From Octopus sinensis (lineage: Eukaryota): a stretch of DNA of 50,294 bases. Every line of letters starts with the position of its first letter. Within the stretch, counting starts at the first letter, position 1. A program made the translations under genes and the position numbers. The notes under the pieces were generated by a model. That model was given only the letters and a program-made list of their open reading frames with translations. It was not told the DNA's origin and did not search any database. This document shows, piece by piece, positions 42,017 to 50,294 of this stretch. The stretch covers positions 1-50,294 of the forward strand of contig NW_021834259.1 of assembly GCF_006345805.1 (NCBI RefSeq), in the 5' to 3' direction.

Positions 42017-42339
42017 TTGTTTTAGCCATTCAACTACCGCTGTGCTGGGGTACCGCCTTGAAGGGTTTAGTCAAATATAGTGACCCCAGTATTTATATAT
42101 TTTTTAAAACTTGGTACGTCTTCTATCAGTTCTCTTTTACCGAACTTTTTTCTATGCTACAAACGCATAGACACACACACGCATACACATACATCTGAAC
42201 GTGTATACAACGGGCTTCCACAGTTTTCGACTACCACATTCACTCACAAAGTACTGGTCGGCCCAATGTGCCGCGCAGAGGAGCTAAACCTGAAACCGGG
42301 TAATTGCAAAGCAATGCCTGAATCTACAGTCATGCCTGC

Positions 42340-42507
42340 GCGGCGAGCTGGCGGAACCGTTAGCACGCCGGACGAAATGCGTAGCCGTATTTCGTCTGCC
42401 GTTACGTTCTGAGTTCAAATTCCGCCGAGGTCGACTTTGCCTTTCATCCTTTAGGGGTCGATAAATTAAGTACCAGTTACGTGCTAACGTTTCTGCCAGC
42501 TCGCCGC
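42340..42507 (+). mobile_element. SINE family B 5' part ending in an inverted copy of the family B 5' end
   Basis: gcggcgagctggcggaaccgttagcacg (42340) and cgtgctaacgtttctgccagctcgccgc (ends 42507). Confidence 0.8.
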
Positions 42508-43403
42508 CTTAAATAAATTAATTAATTGAAACGGAAACCACAAATAGTGCCTTGACATTGATTTCTGAACTATTTATGTTTCGCTCGATGTTTTTCCAGT
42601 CTTTCAGTGACGAATTAATACATACCATATCTTAACATACGTATTTTAGGGTGGTCGATACGAAACATACGTATTGCTACTAACGAATAAAGACCGGCCT
42701 CACTATGCTTTTATCTGAAGACAATCCGGTTGCTATATTATCACAAGAAATAGGTGTTAGATAGGTAAATTAGTACATATATCACTTTTCCTATTCTTCA
42801 ATTGTTAGTGCTTTCTTAGAAAATGACTTCATATTTTCTAAATTGCTTTTATTCTTTTACTTTTTTATTTCTTTCAGTCATTTGACTGCGCCCATGCTAG
42901 CACACCTTGAAGGTTTTAGCCAATCAAATCGACCTCATATTTATTTTATAGTCTAGAGTTGATTTGAACGGTCCCCTTTTCTGGCTTTCTTACTTTTTAA
43001 ATCTATTATTTTTTGTTTTTGCATAAAAGATAAATTACGGGCATGTAAACAGAATTTGAGAAGCATAAATATGCATTCTCTCTCTCACACACACAAATGT
43101 ATGTGTGTGTGGTGTATGTGTATGTGTGTGTGTGAGAGCGTGCGTGTGTGTGTGTGTCTCTGTGTCTATGTTTGTCCCCCACCAATGTTTGACACCGGTG
43201 TTGGTATGTTTACGTCCTCGTAACCTAGCGGTTCGGCAAAAGAGACTAATAAAATAAGTACCAGGTTTTAGAAGATAAGTCCTGGGGTCGACTTGTTCAA
43301 CTAAAACTCTACAAGGCGGTGCCCCAGCATGGCCGCCGTGAAATGACTAAAATAAATAAAAGTTGTGTGTGTATGTGTGAGCGCGCGCGTGTGTGTGTGT
43401 GTG

Positions 43404-43449
<46 letters not shown>

Positions 43450-44638
43450 AACAGACATCCATACGGTTTCTGTTGACCAAATTGATTCCCAATTTATTAA
43501 TTGGCACGGAACTATAGTTCACCCGCTTACCCCTAAGTGTTGCACAGTAGGGCTGAATTTATAGGTGCTGTGACATGTATTTAATGAGTATTGAACCTAA
43601 TTATCTCGCAGAATACCATTAAATCAACCTGTTTCTATTTAGATAAGATTCTTGAAGTTCGCAACAGAAAACTGAAAAATATTACTGTCATACGTAAAAA
43701 AAAATCCCAGAAATAATATTTTCTGGTTAAAACGCGTTTTCTTTTTATTTTTTGTGTTTTTATTTTATTTATTTATTTTATTTTGGTTGGGAGTGTGGAG
43801 TTAAACAAGTATCGATTTCCACGTTTGCTGCTTGCATTTGCGGTACCTGATCCTGATTGGTTACTTTCTTTCAAATGCCTGAAAGTTCAACTCCTACTTC
43901 TGAAAGGAACTTTTTAAAAAAATCATTGGCATCATGCAGTAAATGGGCAGCATATTTTTCTGATAAAGGCCTTTCATAAAATATAGCACTGTTTCCCATT
44001 CCCCAGGTAGTTGTAAATGCTTTCGCAAAACAAATTGAAATCGATATAGAAAATACTTATCTCTATTCTATTAGCAACTCCATTCCATTTCCAGTTGAGA
44101 GAAACACGTCAGACATCACTTTAGCAGCAATATTATCGCAAAGAGGGCATCCTTTTGCTTCCCCGCCACTCGTGTCTAAATTTTTGTAAATGTTGTCTTT
44201 TAAATTGTTGTTTTCTATTGAGAAAGAAGTTGTTGCAGTTGTTGAGTGGTTATGTAAGTGACAACACTACCTCTTAGGGAAACATGCTCTCCTCGTTACA
44301 GACCAACAAAGCGTCTGGTTTGCGTTTGGAAAATCTCTTAAATACAAAATAAATATATATAAAGAAGAATCAAACATTATGTTAGAGTCGGAGTGTTTTC
44401 GAATACTTTTGACGTTTCCTATCGTAGTCGAAAAAAAAAAGGAGTGTATGCACAGATGTCTCGCCTAGAATCTGCTATTCTGCTCAAACAGATTTCAAAT
44501 TTTTTCAAAGTATTCATGACGTTTTTTGTTGCCCAAGAGTGAGAAAATTATTGCATTATGTAAAGGTAAAAGGGCAGTGAACGGGCAGAATCAGGGTCGA
44601 TGAAATGAGCACCAGTTGAGCGCTGGAGTCGATCTAAA

Positions 44639-44872
44639 AGGTGGCGAACTGGCACAATTGTTAGCACTCCAGGTAAAATGCTTAGCGACATTTCGTCCAT
44701 CCTTATGTTCTGAGTTCAAATTCCGCCGAGGTCGACTTTGCCTTTCATCCTCTCGGGGTGGTTGAAACAAGTACCAGTTACACACTGGGGTTGATGTAAT
44801 CGACTTACCCCTTCCCTACAAATTCAGGCCTTGTACATATAGTAGAAAGGATTATTATTATTATTATTATTA

Positions 44873-44936
<64 letters not shown>

Positions 44937-45160
44937 ATGCAGCGAGCTGGCAAAATCCTTAGTACGCTGGGAAAAATGCTTAGCGCCTTTTTGTTTTTTT
45001 TTTTTGCTTTTTGTTTCTTCATGTTCTGAGCTCAAATCTGGCCTAAGTCAACTTTGCCTTTCATTCTTCCGGGTTCGATAAAATAAGGTATTAGTCAAGT
45101 ACGGGGTTGATGATATCGACTAACACCCATCCCCTTAAAATTGCTGCCTCATACCTAAAT
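44639..45160 (+). mobile_element. Two tandem SINE family B copies separated by (ATT)n
   Basis: Copies at ~44639-44850 and ~44940-45160. Confidence 0.8.
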
Positions 45161-45602
45161 CAGAAATTCATCATGTTAAGTTATAAAACTCTTCCGCTTA
45201 AGGCTCTCTCTTCTTAATATCTATTACGACTGCCAATTATAACTTCGAACAAGAGAACAATACATTGAAAAGGTTCCTCAAGTTAAGGAAAGCATATCGA
45301 TATCAGCGTTTATGTGATCTAAATAGTCGCTATTTCAAAACAGTCACGTTACCCTTCAGTTTATCCTTGTGCTGTTTTATCTCTCTAAGCATTGCTCTAT
45401 CTCAAAGGGCTATTTTGTCTATTTAAAACTCCCGGCGTTACCTGTAGTGATAGGAAGACACTCTTCGTGTTTATGAAAGTGAAAAATTTTCTATAATAAA
45501 TAAAATGTTCTACAATAAATAGAATTCAGTCAAAAGAGAGCCACTCGTTTACAATTTTAGAGAAAATAGGCAACTGTGACAGTCAATATTATTAGCTTAA
45601 AT

Positions 45603-45803
45603 CAGTGGTTTTCAACCAGGGTTCCGCCAGTACAGTCCAGGGGTTCCGCAAGAAGTTGCAAAACTGCTAAAATCGGCAGTAATTTTTAATTCTCCTGTGC
45701 AGATATGTGTGCATAAGACAATTAAATTATTGCACAGGGGTTCCTCGAGCCAGTGAAATGTTTCTTTGGGGTTCTGCTCCAGCAAAAAGTTTGAAAAGCA
45801 CTG
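45603..45803. mobile_element. hAT-type MITE with perfect 8-bp TSD
   Basis: TIR cagtggttttcaa ... ttgaaaagcactg; TSD gcttaaat at 45595-45602 and 45804-45811. Confidence 0.92.
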
Positions 45804-46595
45804 GCTTAAATGCACAAAATCTTTAAGAATTTCATTGGAAACATATTGCTTTTCGAGTACATCGATGAAATAAGTCTTGAAGCGCATATGGCCGGCTTCA
45901 AGGTAGTGCCTCAGTACGACTGCAGCCCACTAAATGAAATCGGTAAAACAATACATTTAGGGTTTATGTTGTTATAATTATGTCAGCTGTCAGAGATCAA
46001 GGGTTCTCTATGTCTCTTTTACTTCTCTTGTACCAACTCACATCTTCCAGACACCACAAAAACTTCTTTACAAACTTCAAATAAACTTTACACCGTCCCT
46101 TTACCGTAACTTCCACATTGACTCTCGCATCCTTAATAAATATATTGATCACCAACCTCTGATGGAGCTTGTAAGTGTTCGTTCTGCTAGAAATAGCAGC
46201 CAAATATCCCTCGATTCGCATGAATCCTACGGTGTGATCATAGGTTTGCACGATCAGAACTGAAATCCGATTAAACAACAACATTGGCAACAATATCAGC
46301 TACCGCTGTAACATGCTGAGCAATCTTTCGCTCTCATCTACCCAGAAGGAAGAACAAGTCAGTGTGTTTAACCTTATCTGCAGCTATTTAAGAGTGAACT
46401 GAATTCCAACAACAATGAATCCTTCTGAATTGATGATTCTCAGTTGCAGGAGAGAACCTTGTCTGTTACTGCCACAGTGCTCTTTATTCTTTCATTTAAC
46501 GATTTTTGTTCATTTGATTAAACTAATTTACAATTTATCATCGTTATCAACATCCTCGTATTCATTATCATAGTCTTTCGTCATTATCGTCGTGG

Positions 46596-46639
<44 letters not shown>

Positions 46640-46783
46640 TTCATCTTTCATATTTGAAAAATTATAGTATCACTCAAGCATTGAGATCGAAGGAATCGAC
46701 AAGACCTCAAAATATTTCTGGTCTTGTGTCTAAATCGCAAAGCATTATAATATAATAAAATAATAATAATAATAATAATTATA

Positions 46784-46824
<41 letters not shown>

Positions 46825-46849
46825 TACTACTACTACTATCATTATTAAT

Positions 46850-47270
46850 GGCAAATCGTTCGAGCGCCGGACAACATGATTTGCATCTGAGTTCGAATTC
46901 CGCCGAGCTGACTTTGCCTTTCATCCTTTTGGAATCGATAAAATAAGTACTCAATTGAGCGCTGGGGTCAATGTAATCGACTTACACCCCTCCCTCAAAA
47001 TTACTGGCCTTGTGCCAAAAATTGAAATCGATTTTCTTCTCGATTAAGTCTGTGTGCTGGCAAAAATTGTTAACACTCCGGGTAAAATGCTTAGCGACAT
47101 TTCGGCCATTCTGAGTTCAAATACCTCGCGTTCTGAGTTCAAATTCCGCCGAGGTAGACATTGCCTTTCATCCTTTCGGGGTCGATAAAATAAGTACCAG
47201 TTGGGCACTGAAGGTTGATGTAGCCCTTGCCCCGAAGTTGCTGGTCTTGTGCCAAAAATTGGAGGCAATA
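46850..47270 (+). mobile_element. Two tandem SINE family B copies
   Basis: Copies at ~46850-47035 and ~47050-47270; the second has a duplicated ttctgagttcaaat B-box segment. Confidence 0.8.
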
Positions 47271-47642
47271 TTTCTTCCGACTTTTTACGCTCTGAGTTCA
47301 AGTCCCACCCAGAGCAACTTCCCCTCTACACTTCCTCTCAGGATGATCAGGGTCAGTGATTATTGGCGCATTATAGTTTAAAATATGATAGCTTTGTGGA
47401 CTTGATACTAAACAGTGTCTTTGGACTTTCAGCTTTGCTAGTGCTGTAGCATTTGTTACCGTGTCTTGCCCAATTTGCCCAATCTGCGAAAGATCAACCT
47501 CTATTCCTTTCTTCATAGTTGTGTACGTTGTCCAGGTTTCTGCTCCGTAGAAGACAATATGCATAATATGCAGTCTTATGTCTTTTGAGCAGAATTTTTT
47601 TTTTTCATTCTTAAAGATATTATTTTAGCCATCTTTATCCTT

Positions 47643-47953
47643 TGGCTTAGGCGCGTGGTTAGGGTATTCAGCTCACAAACGTTAGTTCCATTCCTGGCAG
47701 CGCATTGCTTTCTCCACCAAGACACTTTATTTCTCGTTGCTTCAGTCCTCTCCGCTGGCACAAACGAGTGGTACCTGTATTTCAAAAAGCCAGCCTCGAC
47801 AAACACTGTGTCACCCTGAATCTTTCTCAAAACTACGTTAAGAGTACGCGTGTTTGTGGAATGTTCAACCACTTGCGCGTTAATTTCATGGGCAGGCAAT
47901 TCAGTTCATCGAATCAACTGAAACGCTCGTCGTCGTAACCGACGGAGAGCCAG
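47643..47953 (+). mobile_element. SINE family D head (CORE-like) with tail type 2
   Basis: gcgtggttagggtattcagctcac...caagacactttatttctcgttgcttcagtcc head; tail tacctgtatttcaaaaagccagcc...gtcgtaaccgacggagagccag as at 27390-27572. Confidence 0.8.
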
Positions 47954-47982
47954 GGCAGCTTCTTCACAGCGAACTTCCTGAT

Positions 47983-48393
47983 TTACTCTTTACTCTTTTA
48001 CTCTTTTACTTGTTTCAGTCAGTTGACTGCGGCCATGCTGGAGCACCGCCTTTAGTCGAGCAACTCGACCCCGGGACTTATTCTTTGTAAGCCCAGTACT
48101 TATTCTATCCGTCTCTTTGCCGAACCGCTAAGTAACGGGGACATAAACACACCAGCATCGGTTGTCAAACAATGTTGGTGGGACAAACACAGACACACAA
48201 ACACACACACATACACATATATATATACATATATACGACAGGCGTCTTTCAGTTTCCGTCTACGAAATCCACTCACAAGGCATTGGTCGGCCCGGGGCTA
48301 TAGCAGAAGACACTTGCCCAAGATGCCACGCAGTGGGACTGAACCCGGAACCATGTGGTTGGTTAGCAAGCTACTTACCACACAGCCACTCCT
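47983..48393 (-). mobile_element. SINE family A, near full length, inserted in the RTE LINE
   Basis: Reverse complement of the family A consensus. Confidence 0.9.
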
Positions 48394-48948
48394 AAATACT
48401 CACTTTTTACATGTTCAACCTACTGTCCACCTATCTTTAAATTTGTCTTCTTTTGTTCTGTCTTACAAATAACCATTGTCTTCGTCTTTTTACATTCATA
48501 TTTAGGTCTCTCTTGTCACTTTGTTCTTTCAAAACATCAACTTCTTGTATTTTCTCATTACTTCCTGGCAATAACGCTGTATCATCAGCATATCTTATAT
48601 TGTTTATGTTCATGCCATTGACTGAGAGTTCTTTGATCTCATTTGACTCTCTGAATGTATACTCAGTATAGAATAGATGTGGTGACAACACACATCCTTG
48701 TCTTACGCACTTTTGATCTATGCTGGTTCTGACAATTCCTGGTCTATTTTGATGGTTGCCCTTCGGTTCCACTTTAACACACAGATGACTTTTGATGTCT
48801 TTTCAGTCTAAGCTTCTAAGCAGGCTTTTTTTCGGAAGAAGTTATGAGCTCTCTGTTGTGTACGCAGTCAAAATGCCTTGACATAATCTATGAAGCAGGT
48901 CCAAATAGAAGCAATGCAACCACACACCACAACACCACACACCACACA

Positions 48949-48986
<38 letters not shown>

Positions 48987-49089
48987 ATACACACATACAC
49001 ACACACATCCACACCACAAACAAATATATTATAGATATATATATTATAAACATACAAACACACATCCATATATTACATATATTTTTTAT

Positions 49090-49520
49090 CTTTTACTTGT
49101 TTCAGTCATTAGATTGCGTCCATGCTGGGCATCGCCTTGAAGAATTTTAGTCGACAATTGACCCCAATATTTATACTTTGTTAAGCCTGGTACTAATTCT
49201 ATCGGTATCTTTTGCCAAACTGCTAAGTTACGGTGACATAAACACACAAACCCGGTTATCAAGCATGATGGAGGACAACACAAACACAAAAACACACAGA
49301 ATTATATATATATATATATGTATATATAGATAATATATCTATATATATAATATATATATATATTATTAAGATGGGCTTCTTCAATTTCCATCAACCAAAT
49401 CCACTCGCAAAGTCGACCGGGATTATAGTAGAAGACACTTAGCCAAGGTGTCACGCAGTAGGACTGAACTCAGAACCATGTCGTTGGGAAGCCAACTTCC
49501 TACCATACAACCACGCCTGC
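49090..49520 (-). mobile_element. Diverged SINE family A
   Basis: Degenerate reverse complement of the family A consensus. Confidence 0.75.
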
Positions 49521-49651
49521 GCGTACACACACACACACACACACAGACACACACACACACACACATTTATAAATATCAGTGTCTCTTTTAATGTTATAAT
49601 GAAAACAATTTTTAAAGAATTTGAAGGATTTCGTGGAGTAATGTGTGTGTA

Positions 49652-49696
<45 letters not shown>

Positions 49697-50237
49697 TTCT
49701 ATCTAATTTATTTACACTCACACGCACACACACACATATACACATAAACATGCATATATATGTATCTGTCTATTTGGACAAGTGTTTTCTACTACAGCCC
49801 CAAAACCTTGTGCGTGTATTTGGTAGACGGTAACTGTAAGTTCGTTCTGAATACACATACATACATACATACATACATACATACATACATACATACATAC
49901 ATACATACATACATACATACATACATACATACATACATAGATGCATGCATACATACATGCATACATACACACACACACATACATGCATACTTACATACTA
50001 ACTGATTGTACTCATTGTCCAAAATAGTACACACACACAGATGCACGCACGACACGCACGTATATATATAGTATATATATATATATATAATATAGATATA
50101 TATAATATATATATATAGTATATATATATACAATTATACATATATTTTTATAGATATATGTGTGTTCTCTCGTTGTGTGTAGATAGAAAGAAAGAAAGAA
50201 AGAAAGAAAGAAAAAAAGATAGCTAGATAGATGATAT

Positions 50238-50282
<45 letters not shown>
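49520..50282. repeat. (CA)n, (TA)n, (CATA)n, (AAAG)n, (GATA)n microsatellites
   Basis: Read directly. Confidence 0.95.
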
Positions 50283-50283
<1 letters not shown>

Positions 50284-50294
50284 GGCGAGTTTGC

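Larger units (their letters stand above)
47290..48905 (-). mobile_element. Decayed RTE-clade LINE reverse transcriptase and C-terminal region, split by two SINEs
   Basis: CFIDYVKAF(D), VRQGCVLSPHLF, RYADDTALL (YADD at 48581-48592), EYLG, then RIKMAK...RMKK, YGAETWT, DTVTN; motif order typical of RTE ORFs. Confidence 0.9.

Overview
Eukaryotic, AT-rich, repeat-saturated DNA. The SINE/LINE families and microsatellite load point to an octopus or other coleoid cephalopod (inference, no database search). Only one convincing host coding segment was found: the first coding exon (16031-17165, +) of an UNC-93-like MFS membrane protein, ending at a GTAAGT donor; no later exon could be identified. The rest is several tRNA-headed SINE families, decayed non-LTR retrotransposons (RTE, CR1/L2-like, Tx1-like, two RLE-type), two mariner remnants, hAT-type and other TIR MITEs, a DINE-1/Helentron-like element, a U6 5' fragment, a long degenerate 20-bp minisatellite, a near-perfect 707-bp tandem array and many microsatellites. 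Almost all other ORFs in the track are microsatellite or SINE artefacts. Best leads: (1) three R-x-x-S-Y-x-x-A repeats, resembling the SAPAP/DLGAP guanylate-kinase-binding motif, in the UNC-93-like N-terminus; (2) the 3.6-copy 707-bp array in (TA)n with a partial hammerhead-like core per unit; (3) a U6-microsatellite chimera; (4) a five-fold in-frame duplication of the YADD segment in a dead LINE; (5) head/tail swapping among SINE families. Coordinates of decayed repeats are approximate and read by eye.
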